UHGV virus genome: UHGV-0018629 | Length of the DNA stretch: 64,000 nt | Direction: 5' to 3' (one strand) | Origin: a virus | Shown here: one piece after another, positions 47,408 through 57,243 of the stretch | Numbering within the stretch: the stretch's first letter is position 1 | Layout: each line of letters starts with the position of its first letter | Position numbers and translations under genes: made by a program | The notes under the pieces: model-generated | The model's database searches: none | Seen by the model: the letters and a program-made list of their open reading frames with translations, nothing else | Told to the model about the DNA's origin: nothing

Positions 47408-48973
47408 ATGACTATCAAAACTAAAGCTGAACTTTTGAACAAATGGAAGCCATTACTGGAAGGTGAAGGTTTACCGGAAATTGCTAATAGCAAACAAGCG
47501 ATTATCGCTAAAATCTTTGAAAACCAGGAAAAAGATTTCCAGACAGCTCCAGAATATAAAGACGAAAAAATCGCTCAGGCATTCGGTTCTTTCTTAACAG
47601 AAGCTGAAATCGGTGGTGACCACGGTTACAATGCTACTAACATCGCTGCTGGTCAGACTTCTGGCGCAGTAACTCAGATTGGCCCAGCTGTTATGGGTAT
47701 GGTACGTCGTGCTATTCCTAACCTGATTGCTTTCGATATTTGCGGTGTTCAGCCGATGAACAGCCCGACTGGCCAGGTATTCGCACTTCGCGCAGTATAT
47801 GGTAAAGACCCAATCGCTTCCGGTGCTAAAGAAGCATTCCACCCAATGTATGGTCCAGATGCAATGTTCTCTGGTCAGGGTGCTGCTAAGAAATTCGCTG
47901 CTTTGAAAGCGAGTGATACTCTTGAAGTTGGAACTATTTACACCCACTTCTTCCAGGAAACTGGTACTGTGTATCTGCAAGCTACAGAAGCTAAACAAAT
48001 TGATTCCGGTGCATCTGACGCAGCTAAATTAGATGCTGAAATTAAGAAACAAATGGAAGCTGGTGTACTGGTAGAAATCGCTGAAGGTATGGCTACTTCT
48101 ATCGCTGAACTTCAGGAAGGTTTCAACGGTTCTACCGATAACCCATGGAATGAAATGGGCTTCCGTATCGATAAACAAGTTATCGAAGCTAAATCTCGTC
48201 AGCTGAAAGCTGCTTACTCTATCGAATTAGCACAAGACCTCCGCGCCGTTCATGGTATGGATGCTGATGCTGAACTGTCTGGTATTCTGGCTACCGAAAT
48301 CATGCTGGAAATCAACCGTGAAGTTGTTGATTGGATTAACTACTCAGCTCAGGTTGGTAAATCTGGTATGACCCTGACTCCGGGTTCTAAAGCTGGTGTA
48401 TTTGACTTCCAGGATCCGATTGATATTCGTGGTGCTCGCTGGGCAGGTGAATCCTTTAAAGCTCTGTTGTTCCAGATTGACAAAGAAGCAGTTGAAATTG
48501 CTCGTCAAACCGGTCGTGGTGAAGGTAACTTCATTATCGCTTCCCGTAACGTAGTTAACGTTCTGGCTTCAGTTGATACTGGCATTTCTTATGCTGCGCA
48601 GGGTCTGGCTACTGGATTTAACACTGATACTACCAAGTCAGTATTTGCTGGTGTTCTGGGTGGTAAATACCGTGTATATATCGACCAGTATGCTAAACAA
48701 GATTATTTCACTGTAGGTTATAAAGGTCCGAACGAAATGGATGCTGGTATTTACTATGCTCCATATGTAGCTCTGACTCCGCTGCGTGGTTCTGATCCGA
48801 AGAACTTCCAACCAGTAATGGGATTCAAAACTCGTTACGGTATTGGTATCAACCCATTTGCAGAATCCGCTGCTCAGGCTCCGGCTTCTCGCATTCAGAG
48901 CGGTATGCCTTCTATTCTGAATAGCCTTGGTAAAAACGCTTACTTCCGCCGTGTATATGTTAAAGGTATCTAA
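47408..48973 (+). CDS. 23: Major capsid protein gp23
   Basis: 521 aa, T4 gp23 length; biased codon usage and higher GC typical of a highly expressed late gene. Confidence 0.97.
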   Translation: MTIKTKAELLNKWKPLLEGEGLPEIANSKQAIIAKIFENQEKDFQTAPEYKDEKIAQAFGSFLTEAEIGGDHGYNATNIAAGQTSGAVTQIGPAVMGMVRRAIPNLIAFDICGVQPMNSPTGQVFALRAVYGKDPIASGAKEAFHPMYGPDAMFSGQGAAKKFAALKASDTLEVGTIYTHFFQETGTVYLQATEAKQIDSGASDAAKLDAEIKKQMEAGVLVEIAEGMATSIAELQEGFNGSTDNPWNEMGFRIDKQVIEAKSRQLKAAYSIELAQDLRAVHGMDADAELSGILATEIMLEINREVVDWINYSAQVGKSGMTLTPGSKAGVFDFQDPIDIRGARWAGESFKALLFQIDKEAVEIARQTGRGEGNFIIASRNVVNVLASVDTGISYAAQGLATGFNTDTTKSVFAGVLGGKYRVYIDQYAKQDYFTVGYKGPNEMDAGIYYAPYVALTPLRGSDPKNFQPVMGFKTRYGIGINPFAESAAQAPASRIQSGMPSILNSLGKNAYFRRVYVKGI

Positions 48974-48987
48974 TCTTTGACGATTTA

Positions 48988-49012
48988 AGGGACCTTCGGG
49001 TCCCTTTAGTTG
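48988..49012 (+). terminator. Intrinsic terminator after gene 23 (agggacc-ttcg-ggtccct + T-rich)
   Basis: UUCG-tetraloop hairpin followed by ttagttgttttt. Confidence 0.65.
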
Positions 49013-49021
49013 TTTTTATGG

Positions 49022-49029
49022 TATAAATA
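49022..49029 (+). promoter_or_regulatory. Late promoter TATAAATA for gene 24
   Basis: Exact octamer 28 nt upstream of gene 24 ATG. Confidence 0.6.
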
Positions 49030-49056
49030 AATCATATAAACCAAAAGGAAAGCGCA

Positions 49057-50340
49057 ATGGCTAAAATCAACGAACTTCTGCGCGAATCAACCACAACGAA
49101 TAGCAACTCAATCGGTCGCCCAAATCTCGTTGCTTTGACTCGCGCTACCACTAAATTAATATATTCTGACATTGTAGCAACGCAAAGAACTAATCAACCT
49201 GTTGCTGCTTTTTATGGTATCAAATACCTTAACCCAGACAATGAATTTACATTTAAAACTGGTGCTACTTACGCTGGTGAAGCTGGGTATGTAGACCGAG
49301 AACAAATCACAGAATTAACAGAAGAGTCTAAATTAACTCTCAATAAAGGCGATTTATTCAAATATAATAATATCGTTTATAAAGTATTAGAAGATACACC
49401 ATTTGCTGATATTGAAGAAAGCGATTTAGAATTAGCTCTTCAGATTGCAATTGTTCTTTTAAAGGTTCGTCTATTTTCTGACGCAGCATCAACGAGCAAA
49501 TTTGAAAGCTCTGATAGCGAAATTGCGGATGCTAGGTTCCAGATTAATAAATGGCAAACCGCAGTTAAATCTCGTAAACTTAAAACTGGCATCACAGTTG
49601 AATTAGCACAAGATTTAGAAGCAAATGGATTCGATGCTCCTAATTTCTTGGAAGATTTGCTTGCAACTGAAATGGCGGATGAAATCAATAAAGATATTCT
49701 ACAGTCTTTGATTACGGTATCAAAACGCTATAAAGTTACAGGAATTACTGATACTGGATTCATTGATTTGAGTTATGCATCTGCACCTGAAGCTGGTCGT
49801 TCATTATACCGAATGGTATGTGAAATGGTTTCACATATCCAGAAAGAATCAACTTATACAGCAACGTTCTGTGTTGCTTCAGCTCGTGCCGCTGCGATTC
49901 TTGCTGCATCAGGTTGGTTAAAACATAAACCAGAAGATGACAAATATCTTTCACAAAATGCTTATGGATTTTTAGCTAATGGTTTACCGCTTTATTGTGA
50001 TACTAACAGCCCATTAGATTATGTAATCGTGGGTGTAGTAGAAAATATCGGTGAAAAAGAAATTGTTGGTTCAATTTTCTATGCTCCATACACAGAAGGT
50101 CTTGACTTAGATGACCCTGAACATGTTGGTGCATTTAAAGTTGTAGTTGATCCAGAAAGTTTGCAGCCATCTATCGGTTTATTAGTTAGATATGCTTTAT
50201 CTGCAAATCCTTACACTGTAGCAAAAGATGAAAAAGAAGCAAGAGTAATTGATGGTGGAGATATGGATAAAATGGCGGGTCGTTCAGATTTGTCTGTTTT
50301 ATTAGGTGTTAAGCTACCAAAAATTATCATTGATGAATAA
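49057..50340 (+). CDS. 24: Head vertex protein gp24
   Basis: 427 aa, paralog of gp23. Confidence 0.9.
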   Translation: MAKINELLRESTTTNSNSIGRPNLVALTRATTKLIYSDIVATQRTNQPVAAFYGIKYLNPDNEFTFKTGATYAGEAGYVDREQITELTEESKLTLNKGDLFKYNNIVYKVLEDTPFADIEESDLELALQIAIVLLKVRLFSDAASTSKFESSDSEIADARFQINKWQTAVKSRKLKTGITVELAQDLEANGFDAPNFLEDLLATEMADEINKDILQSLITVSKRYKVTGITDTGFIDLSYASAPEAGRSLYRMVCEMVSHIQKESTYTATFCVASARAAAILAASGWLKHKPEDDKYLSQNAYGFLANGLPLYCDTNSPLDYVIVGVVENIGEKEIVGSIFYAPYTEGLDLDDPEHVGAFKVVVDPESLQPSIGLLVRYALSANPYTVAKDEKEARVIDGGDMDKMAGRSDLSVLLGVKLPKIIIDE

Positions 50341-50346
50341 AACAAA

Positions 50347-50368
50347 GGGACCTTTCGGTCCCTTTTTA
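50347..50368. terminator. Bidirectional terminator between convergent genes 24 and rnlB (gggacc-tttc-ggtccc flanked by T-runs on both strands)
   Basis: Perfect 6-bp stem; A-run upstream and T-run downstream. Confidence 0.65.
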
Positions 50369-50369
50369 T

Positions 50370-51374
50370 TTAACTTACCAATTCAATCCAAGCCGGACGA
50401 AGTACATCTTGTACCGTTTTAACTAATTCCTTCTTAATCAAAGAAGGATTATCCGCTTGGGTTAGAGTAATACCTTCACGAGAAGTTTCTTCCAAAATAT
50501 CTTGAACAGTTAGTCCCATCACCTTTCCAAAATCTTTTGGACCAATTTCGCCAATTTTAGAAATAACGTTATTTACTCGGTTCAGTGTAACATAGCAAGC
50601 TAAAATTCCCATCAGTTTATTATCAGCTTCTGAGAGTTCAACTTTAGCTTTAATAGGCTTATCGGACTTTTTCTTTTCACTAAATTTAGAGTTCTTACAT
50701 TTAATTGCTACACGATTTCCATTATGAAGCCAAGAAGGATAGCAAGGTTTCAATACATATCCTTCAGCAGTAAATACTTCACCTTTGGCTTCGGCATTCC
50801 AAACGCATTTATTTGCATCAACTAATCCAGCATGGTCTACTGTAAAATTATAATCTTGGACGACAGAATCTAAATCATTTGGCAATTTAATAAGTTCTTC
50901 AAATTTACCGCGACCTAAAAGTGGAGCCATTTTAAATTTAAATGTATTGCAGAATGATTCCATCATATAATCATCGACATAAGTCACATCACCACTTTCT
51001 GTAGTAACAATAATGTCAAATACATAAAAATCTTTATCGCCATAATCGACATTCTTCTGAATGCCAGGTCCAGCGAATTCGCCAAAAACTTGATAAGATA
51101 CAACCGCTGAAGTTTCCATAATATCTTGTACTGCTTTAATGGAAGCATCGTAATTCTTTAGAATAATTTCATACCCAAAGAAATCTTCAGCAGGAAGAAT
51201 CGGTCCAGTGCGTTTAGCGCAAGTTACTTTATCACGCTCAATAATCAACGAAAAGTTTGTTCCATGAATCTTTTCACGAGCTACCCATTCGCCGCCAGTC
51301 AATCCCAAGCTATAAAGTTTTTCAATGAATTTAGAATTGTAATGATTTTCAAGACTGCTATACTTTTTAAACAT
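50370..51374 (-). CDS. rnlB: RNA ligase 2
   Basis: 334 aa; [43 protein letters not shown] with adenylylation lysine motif KIHG. Confidence 0.95.
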   Translation of the reverse strand: MFKKYSSLENHYNSKFIEKLYSLGLTGGEWVAREKIHGTNFSLIIERDKVTCAKRTGPILPAEDFFGYEIILKNYDASIKAVQDIMETSAVVSYQVFGEFAGPGIQKNVDYGDKDFYVFDIIVTTESGDVTYVDDYMMESFCNTFKFKMAPLLGRGKFEELIKLPNDLDSVVQDYNFTVDHAGLVDANKCVWNAEAKGEVFTAEGYVLKPCYPSWLHNGNRVAIKCKNSKFSEKKKSDKPIKAKVELSEADNKLMGILACYVTLNRVNNVISKIGEIGPKDFGKVMGLTVQDILEETSREGITLTQADNPSLIKKELVKTVQDVLRPAWIELVS

Positions 51375-51383
51375 AATTAATCC

Positions 51384-51662
51384 TCAAAATGTAATTTCTA
51401 ACCAATCACCATCACGCTGATCGCTATTGACTTTAAAGCTAAATCCTTCTTTTCTCAGCCAATCACCAATTTCTTCAGTAATCAATTTATCGCGAGCAGT
51501 ACAATAATAACTAAAATATGTTTTACCTTGTTCAGCTGCTTTATTAGCAAGTTCCGAAAAATCTTTAATAAAGCACTCTAGTTTAAATTGTTTACTTTTA
51601 AGTGCTTTTTCGCGTAATTGATTAGCAAAAGATTCATTTTCATAAAGATCATACTGTTTCAT
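51384..51662 (-). CDS. Hypothetical protein (24.3 position)
   Basis: 92 aa ORF between rnlB and hoc. Confidence 0.5.
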   Translation of the reverse strand: MKQYDLYENESFANQLREKALKSKQFKLECFIKDFSELANKAAEQGKTYFSYYCTARDKLITEEIGDWLRKEGFSFKVNSDQRDGDWLEITF

Positions 51663-51864
51663 TTTTCACCTTTTTATTAATATGTCTTTTTCTATAGACA
51701 ACTTTTTCTCGAGTTTCAAATCTATTCTTAGCAGTCATAGCTCGAGCCCATAATATAGCCACTTCCTTTGCCTGTAAGTTTAATTCACGAGCAATTTCAA
51801 TGAATGACTTTCCAGACTCATGAAGAGTAAACACCACAACCTCAGTTCTCATAATCAATCTCAT
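51649..51864 (-). CDS. Small basic protein, possible helix-turn-helix (24.2 position)
   Basis: 71 aa; SFIEIARELNLQAKEVAILWARA. Confidence 0.45.
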   Translation of the reverse strand: MRLIMRTEVVVFTLHESGKSFIEIARELNLQAKEVAILWARAMTAKNRFETREKVVYRKRHINKKVKNETV

Positions 51865-51920
51865 GTTATCGAGTTGGTGCCATTATATACATCATTTTCT
51901 GATTATGTTTTGTGTGCTTT

Positions 51921-51948
51921 CAAAATGAAGAAAGGGGCCGAAGCCCCT
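51921..51948 (-). terminator. Terminator-like UUCG hairpin after hoc (identical to hairpin at 9943..9960)
   Basis: aggggccgaagcccct; U-rich tract follows on minus strand. Confidence 0.5.
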
Positions 51949-51953
51949 TACGA

Positions 51954-53372
51954 TTATGGATAAGTATAGATGATACCAGTTTCTAAAGCAGTTTTATGAA
52001 TGATGTATCCATTACGTGATTCTTGAACATCAACTTCTGGATAGTCTTTCATCATCTTCTGAAGAGTGTAACGATGCAGGTAGTATTTACTATCTGGATC
52101 TTCAGTTTTCCAATCTTTACCTTCTTCGGTCATTTTTTGGATTTCATCCATAACCCACCAACCGCACCAGATGTAAGCTGAAGTACGATGTGGAAGAGGA
52201 TGGACATAAGGCAATTCACCTTCCGGTTCTGGAGCAACTTTATTAGTTACTTGAACTTGACCAGTCGCTTTAACTGTTTTACTATCATAGTCAGTTGCAG
52301 TAACAGTTGCAGTAACTTCAATAGTTTGACTTCCAATAGATGATGTATCAACTGTATACACATTAGTCGATCCTTCTACAGGAGAAGAATCTTTCTTCCA
52401 TGAATAAGTAATTTGCGCTGCTTCAGGTGCGCCAGTGACATTAGCTGTAAATGTAGCCAAAGCATCTTGCTGAACGTTAATAGAAGGAGGAGTCAATGTA
52501 ACCTGTGGATTCATTGTTTTCTTATTAACTGTTAATGATACTTCATTAGAAGTAACTTCCTTTTCATTATAATTTTCAGCAGTTACTTGCGCTACGCATT
52601 TAATTCTTTTTACTCCACTTGTAGTTGGAGTATAGTTAAATGTAGAGTTAGTTTCTCCACCAACTTGAGAATCATCTACATACCATTTATATGTAGCAGA
52701 CGCTCCATCAGGTTGAGAAGCTAAGGCAGCAGTAAATTGAACTGGGGTTCCAATTACTCCAGCTGAAGGACTAGCAGGAGTTACTGCCAATGTAGTTGTC
52801 TGTGTCTTTTTATTAACAGTCAGTGACACTTCATTAGAAGTAACTTCCTTTGCATCATAATTTGTCGCGGTTACTTGAGCTACACACTTAATTGTTTTAA
52901 CTCCGCTTGTAGAAGGAGTGTAATTGAATGTAGCAGAAGTCGCTTCGTCTACAGGAGAACCGTCAACGTACCATTGATACGTAGCAGATGCACCTGATGG
53001 CTGCGAAGCTAAAGCAGCGGTAAATTTAACAGCTGTTCCAATTACTCCTGCTGGAGGACTATTGGGAGTTACGGCTAAGGTAGTCGTCTGAGTTTTATTT
53101 TTGACTGTGATAGTTGTACTAATTTCAGCTGTTTCAGCTTCAGATTCTGGAACTGTGTTTGTTGCAACTACTTTAATAGTCTTTTGACCGGCAGGTCCTT
53201 TTAATACATAACTAAAAGTTGCTTCAGCTCCATCTTGTGGAACATCATCTACACTCCAAGCATATGTAATAGTTCCACCTCCAGTTTCACCACTGGGTGC
53301 AGCAGTAAACTGCTGAGTCTGATCTATAACTCCAGTAGGTGTTTTAGGAGTTATATCAACTGTAAAAGCCAT
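51954..53372 (-). CDS. hoc: Highly immunogenic outer capsid protein Hoc with an extra tandem Ig-like domain
   Basis: 472 aa; repeated Ig-like domains incl. two near-identical about 97-aa units (KKTQTTTLAVTP...SNEVSLTVN); conserved C-terminal capsid-binding region; synteny. Confidence 0.85.
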   Translation of the reverse strand: MAFTVDITPKTPTGVIDQTQQFTAAPSGETGGGTITYAWSVDDVPQDGAEATFSYVLKGPAGQKTIKVVATNTVPESEAETAEISTTITVKNKTQTTTLAVTPNSPPAGVIGTAVKFTAALASQPSGASATYQWYVDGSPVDEATSATFNYTPSTSGVKTIKCVAQVTATNYDAKEVTSNEVSLTVNKKTQTTTLAVTPASPSAGVIGTPVQFTAALASQPDGASATYKWYVDDSQVGGETNSTFNYTPTTSGVKRIKCVAQVTAENYNEKEVTSNEVSLTVNKKTMNPQVTLTPPSINVQQDALATFTANVTGAPEAAQITYSWKKDSSPVEGSTNVYTVDTSSIGSQTIEVTATVTATDYDSKTVKATGQVQVTNKVAPEPEGELPYVHPLPHRTSAYIWCGWWVMDEIQKMTEEGKDWKTEDPDSKYYLHRYTLQKMMKDYPEVDVQESRNGYIIHKTALETGIIYTYP

Positions 53373-53381
53373 AAGTTATCC

Positions 53382-54062
53382 TTATTTTAATGTTACGAAA
53401 GAAGAATTACGTGTTTCACGAATTAGAACTGATCCGTCGCGATTAATGTAATAAATTAAGCTAAATAAAGTTTGGTGTGCCGACGCGTGTTCAAAACTAG
53501 TTGGATGAGATTTCCAATCCGGAGTTTCAGCGATCCATTGATAAATCCACCAAGGAACCGTACAGAATCCTGGATTTTTCCCCAATAATTGAAGATTCGG
53601 GCTAAAGTTTTCCGGAAGAGTAAATACAGACGGCTTTTCAGATTCAATAATCTCAGCTACAGCCTGTTCGAATTTTTCTTCAACAAAAGGAGTATCTTCA
53701 ATCAAAACATCGGTATTTTCAGGAATTTTATCCGTTTCTACTACGTCAATTTTAATGTCAGATTTAACAGGAGAATCAATCAGAAGTGCTGCCTCTGGAT
53801 TGACTTCTTCATCGTCATATTTTAATCCGTCTGCGGCATCAGCAGCATCAATTAAGTCTTTAATAGATAACCCATCAGTCTCTGGCATAGGTTCACTAGC
53901 GAGCTTCTGGAGGGCTTCTTCAATATCATTAACGATATTATCAAAAGATTTATTCTTTTTGACCTTTATACCAAACTGTTCAGCATATTCAGCTAATTTA
54001 GCTTTAGCTTCTTTATTATCATCAAGAGCCTTCAGCTCTGCAATATAATCTTTATCTATCAT
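53382..54062 (-). CDS. inh: Inhibitor of prohead protease
   Basis: 226 aa, position between hoc and uvsW. Confidence 0.75.
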   Translation of the reverse strand: MIDKDYIAELKALDDNKEAKAKLAEYAEQFGIKVKKNKSFDNIVNDIEEALQKLASEPMPETDGLSIKDLIDAADAADGLKYDDEEVNPEAALLIDSPVKSDIKIDVVETDKIPENTDVLIEDTPFVEEKFEQAVAEIIESEKPSVFTLPENFSPNLQLLGKNPGFCTVPWWIYQWIAETPDWKSHPTSFEHASAHQTLFSLIYYINRDGSVLIRETRNSSFVTLK

Positions 54063-54075
54063 AATATTTCCTCAG

Positions 54076-54083
54076 TATAAATA
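54076..54083 (+). promoter_or_regulatory. Late promoter motif TATAAATA upstream of uvsW
   Basis: Exact octamer 30 nt upstream of uvsW ATG. Confidence 0.5.
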
Positions 54084-54112
54084 TAGATATATTTATTACA
54101 TGGTATTTAGAC

Positions 54113-55624
54113 ATGACTGACATTAAAGTACATTTTTATGATTTTAGTCACGTGAGAATTGATTGTGAAGAAAGTACATTTCATGAACTCCGTGATTTCT
54201 TTAGCTTTGAAGCTGATGGGTATCGTTTTAATCCTCGCTTCAGATACGGCAACTGGGATGGACGAATCCGTCTTTTAGATTATAATCGCCTTCTTCCATT
54301 CGGCTTGGTCGGGCAAATTAAAAAGTTCTGTGATAACTTTGGCTATAAAGCCTGGATTGACCCGCAAATTAACGAAAAAGAAGAATTATCAAGAAAAGAT
54401 TTTGATGAATGGCTTTCTAAATTAGAAATCTATTCAGGAAATAAAAGAATTGAACCGCATTGGTATCAAAAAGATGCAGTGTTCGAAGGATTAGTTAATC
54501 GTCGTAGAATTCTTAATCTTCCAACATCCGCAGGTAAATCTTTAATTCAAGCTTTGCTTGCTCGGTATTATTTGGAAAATTATGAAGGCAAAATTCTTAT
54601 CATTGTTCCAACAACTGCTCTGACAACTCAGATGGCTGATGACTTTGTTGACTATCGTTTATTCAGTCATGCAATGATAAAGAAAATCGGCGGTGGAGCA
54701 TCAAAAGACGATAAATATAAAAATGATGCACCAGTCGTTGTTGGTACATGGCAAACTGTAGTAAAACAACCAAAAGAATGGTTCTCACAGTTTGGAATGA
54801 TGATGAATGATGAATGCCATCTTGCTACAGGAAAAAGTATTTCATCTATCATATCAGGTTTAAATAACTGCATGTTCAAATTTGGTTTGTCTGGTTCATT
54901 ACGCGATGGCAAAGCCAATATCATGCAATATGTTGGAATGTTTGGTGAAATATTTAAGCCAGTAACGACTTCTAAATTAATGGAAGATGGACAAGTAACT
55001 GAGCTAAAAATTAATAGTATTTTTCTTCGCTATCCTGATGAGTTCACTACTAAATTAAAGGGAAAAACTTACCAAGAAGAAATAAAAATTATCACTGGGC
55101 TCAGTAAAAGAAATAAATGGATCGCTAAATTAGCTATTAAGCTTGCGCAAAAAGATGAAAACGCTTTTGTCATGTTTAAACACGTATCGCACGGTAAAGC
55201 TATTTTCGATTTAATTAAAGATGAATACGATAAAGTTTATTACGTATCAGGGGAAGTTGATACCGAAACTCGCAATATAATGAAAACCTTAGCTGAAAAC
55301 GGTAAAGGAATAATTATAGTAGCTAGTTATGGTGTATTTTCTACTGGCATTTCAGTTAAAAATCTGCATCACGTTGTTTTAGCGCACGGTGTTAAATCAA
55401 AAATCATTGTATTACAAACAATCGGTCGTGTATTGCGTAAGCATGGTTCTAAGACAGTAGCAACAGTCTGGGACCTCATAGATGACGCAGGCGTCAAGCC
55501 AAAATCTGCTAATACGAAAAAGAAATACGTTCATTTGAACTATCTTTTAAAACACGGTATTGATCGTATTCAGCGCTACGCAGATGAAAAATTTAATTAC
55601 GTAATGAAAACAGTTAATTTATAA
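54113..55624 (+). CDS. uvsW: UvsW RNA-DNA and DNA-DNA helicase
   Basis: 503 aa; SF2 helicase motifs LPTSAGKS (Walker A) and DECH. Confidence 0.9.
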   Translation: MTDIKVHFYDFSHVRIDCEESTFHELRDFFSFEADGYRFNPRFRYGNWDGRIRLLDYNRLLPFGLVGQIKKFCDNFGYKAWIDPQINEKEELSRKDFDEWLSKLEIYSGNKRIEPHWYQKDAVFEGLVNRRRILNLPTSAGKSLIQALLARYYLENYEGKILIIVPTTALTTQMADDFVDYRLFSHAMIKKIGGGASKDDKYKNDAPVVVGTWQTVVKQPKEWFSQFGMMMNDECHLATGKSISSIISGLNNCMFKFGLSGSLRDGKANIMQYVGMFGEIFKPVTTSKLMEDGQVTELKINSIFLRYPDEFTTKLKGKTYQEEIKIITGLSKRNKWIAKLAIKLAQKDENAFVMFKHVSHGKAIFDLIKDEYDKVYYVSGEVDTETRNIMKTLAENGKGIIIVASYGVFSTGISVKNLHHVVLAHGVKSKIIVLQTIGRVLRKHGSKTVATVWDLIDDAGVKPKSANTKKKYVHLNYLLKHGIDRIQRYADEKFNYVMKTVNL

Positions 55625-55640
55625 GGGCTTCGGCCCTTTG
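55624..55640 (+). other. UUCG-tetraloop hairpin after uvsW (gggc-ttcg-gccc); weak terminator
   Basis: Short stem, followed by tttgg. Confidence 0.4.
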
Positions 55641-55883
55641 GAGAAAAAGATGTTACTAGAATTTAAACAATTTCTTTATGAAGCTTCTATTGATGAATTT
55701 ATGGGTAAAATTGCCTCTTGCCAAACGATAGAAGGTCTAGAAGAACTTGAAGCTTATTATAAGAAAAGAGTCAAAGAAACTGAATTAAAAGATACTGATG
55801 ACATCTCTGTGAGAGATGCTTTGGCAGGAAAAAGAGCTGAATTAGAAGATTCAGACGATGATGAAGTAGAAGAAAGCTTTTAA
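55638..55883 (+). CDS. uvsW.1: UvsW.1-like small acidic protein
   Basis: 81 aa ORF immediately after uvsW. Confidence 0.6.
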   Translation: MEKKMLLEFKQFLYEASIDEFMGKIASCQTIEGLEELEAYYKKRVKETELKDTDDISVRDALAGKRAELEDSDDDEVEESF

Positions 55884-55885
55884 AT

Positions 55886-55915
55886 TAAAAAAGGCCCAAC
55901 CAAAAAGGAAGGGCC
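55886..55915 (-). terminator. Minus-strand intrinsic terminator (ggccc...gggcc + T7)
   Basis: Hairpin followed by seven T on the minus strand, downstream of the 55-aa ORF. Confidence 0.5.
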
Positions 55916-55944
55916 AAAACTATAGACTAAAGGTCACACTCACA

Positions 55945-56112
55945 CTATAGCAAAAGTTGTGTTTCATTTAATTGTTCTTCCGAACTTTCTGAAACTGGCA
56001 GTTCTTTAATGTAATTATAACAAGGCCCAGGATGTACAGGACCTCTGTCTGTTTCAACAACCAATGCAGAATCGATTGGAGTTTTACAGACAACACAAAT
56101 CTTATCTGACAT
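55945..56112 (-). CDS. Small Cys-rich protein (55 aa; CxxC...PGPC, possible zinc ribbon)
   Basis: MSDKICVVCKTPIDSALVVETDRGPVHPGPCYNY; late promoter TATAAATA 26 nt upstream; absent from the ORF track (below 60 aa). Confidence 0.5.
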   Translation of the reverse strand: MSDKICVVCKTPIDSALVVETDRGPVHPGPCYNYIKELPVSESSEEQLNETQLLL

Positions 56113-56137
56113 GATTGTCTCCTCTAAATTATATATC

Positions 56138-56145
56138 TATTTATA
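56138..56145 (-). promoter_or_regulatory. Late promoter TATAAATA (minus) for the 55-aa ORF
   Basis: Plus-strand tatttata. Confidence 0.5.
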
Positions 56146-56365
56146 TAACTCTCATATGCATATCAATGCCCATATCTTTAGAATAAAAATATTCATCAAG
56201 ATATCCGGCAAATTTTCCTTTAATATAAAGTACATCTTCACCGCATGGGTGGTCGGCCAGGATACGAATATCCTGACGCTTGAGATTATACTTTTTCATT
56301 AAGAATTGAATTTCCGTTTCGAATTCTTCTTCATAATTAAAAGCATCATCAATGCTATATTTCAT
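56141..56365 (-). CDS. UvsY.-2-like small protein
   Basis: 74 aa ORF directly downstream of uvsY. Confidence 0.55.
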   Translation of the reverse strand: MKYSIDDAFNYEEEFETEIQFLMKKYNLKRQDIRILADHPCGEDVLYIKGKFAGYLDEYFYSKDMGIDMHMRVI

Positions 56366-56778
56366 TATTTTCCAGCCTCAAATGCTCGCATGTCTTGAAT
56401 ATGCTTAATAGCAAATCCGCGTGATTTAATAGCATCAAGAGCTCCGCTACAGAAATCCAATAAAATTCCCCAATATTGTAATGAAGTATCAACTTTTAAA
56501 ACATCCTTATCAGCTGATAGAACTGTCTTCATTTCTGATTTCTCATAACGGTCCATACTAAATTCATCACCATCTCCTCGTCCCGAGTAGTAGTCTAATT
56601 TAGCTTTAAGAGCAACTTTTTTCTGTGCTTCAATTCTAAGCATTTCCTTTTTAATACTTGAATGCTTATTGAGCCATTTACTATATAACATCACATTATT
56701 AGCTGCTTCATACTGTAATTTAGTTGAATCTATAAACACATCTTTCTTCAATTCTTCTTGAAGATCTTCTAATCTCAT
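56365..56778 (-). CDS. uvsY: UvsY recombination mediator
   Basis: 137 aa, T4 UvsY length, position between 25 and uvsW. Confidence 0.85.
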   Translation of the reverse strand: MRLEDLQEELKKDVFIDSTKLQYEAANNVMLYSKWLNKHSSIKKEMLRIEAQKKVALKAKLDYYSGRGDGDEFSMDRYEKSEMKTVLSADKDVLKVDTSLQYWGILLDFCSGALDAIKSRGFAIKHIQDMRAFEAGK

Positions 56779-56844
56779 ATTGTTCTCTATTCAATTGTTA
56801 TTGGATGGACTTAGATTCATTATACCACGTTTATACGTGAAGCA

Positions 56845-57243
56845 TTATACTCTATTACTGGAAGCCAGTTGCAGTTTTATCTGCTCAATATCATCAGGGT
56901 TATCGATGACTGAAAAGCGTATTTCTACTATCAGAGTATAATCATCATAAACAGGTATTACATTAACTGCTAATTTATCAATACGTGGCTCGTAGTTTCT
57001 TACTGCGCTTTCAATGTTACGCTCAACCGTGTCAGCGGTAAGAGGAGTCATATTCTCAAAAAGCTGATCAGATAAATCGCATCCAAATTCTGAGTCAAAT
57101 GGCCTTGACCCTTTTCTGGTTGTAATAATTCCTAAAAGGCTATTTTTAATTGACCTTAATCCAAGAGATCTGGAAACGTCTTTGTTCCAATCCATTTTCA
57201 TTTCTGGGTCGATGTCAGAATAAAGCTTATTAATATTTGCCAT
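56845..57243 (-). CDS. 25: Baseplate wedge protein gp25
   Basis: 132 aa, synteny. Confidence 0.9.
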   Translation of the reverse strand: MANINKLYSDIDPEMKMDWNKDVSRSLGLRSIKNSLLGIITTRKGSRPFDSEFGCDLSDQLFENMTPLTADTVERNIESAVRNYEPRIDKLAVNVIPVYDDYTLIVEIRFSVIDNPDDIEQIKLQLASSNRV

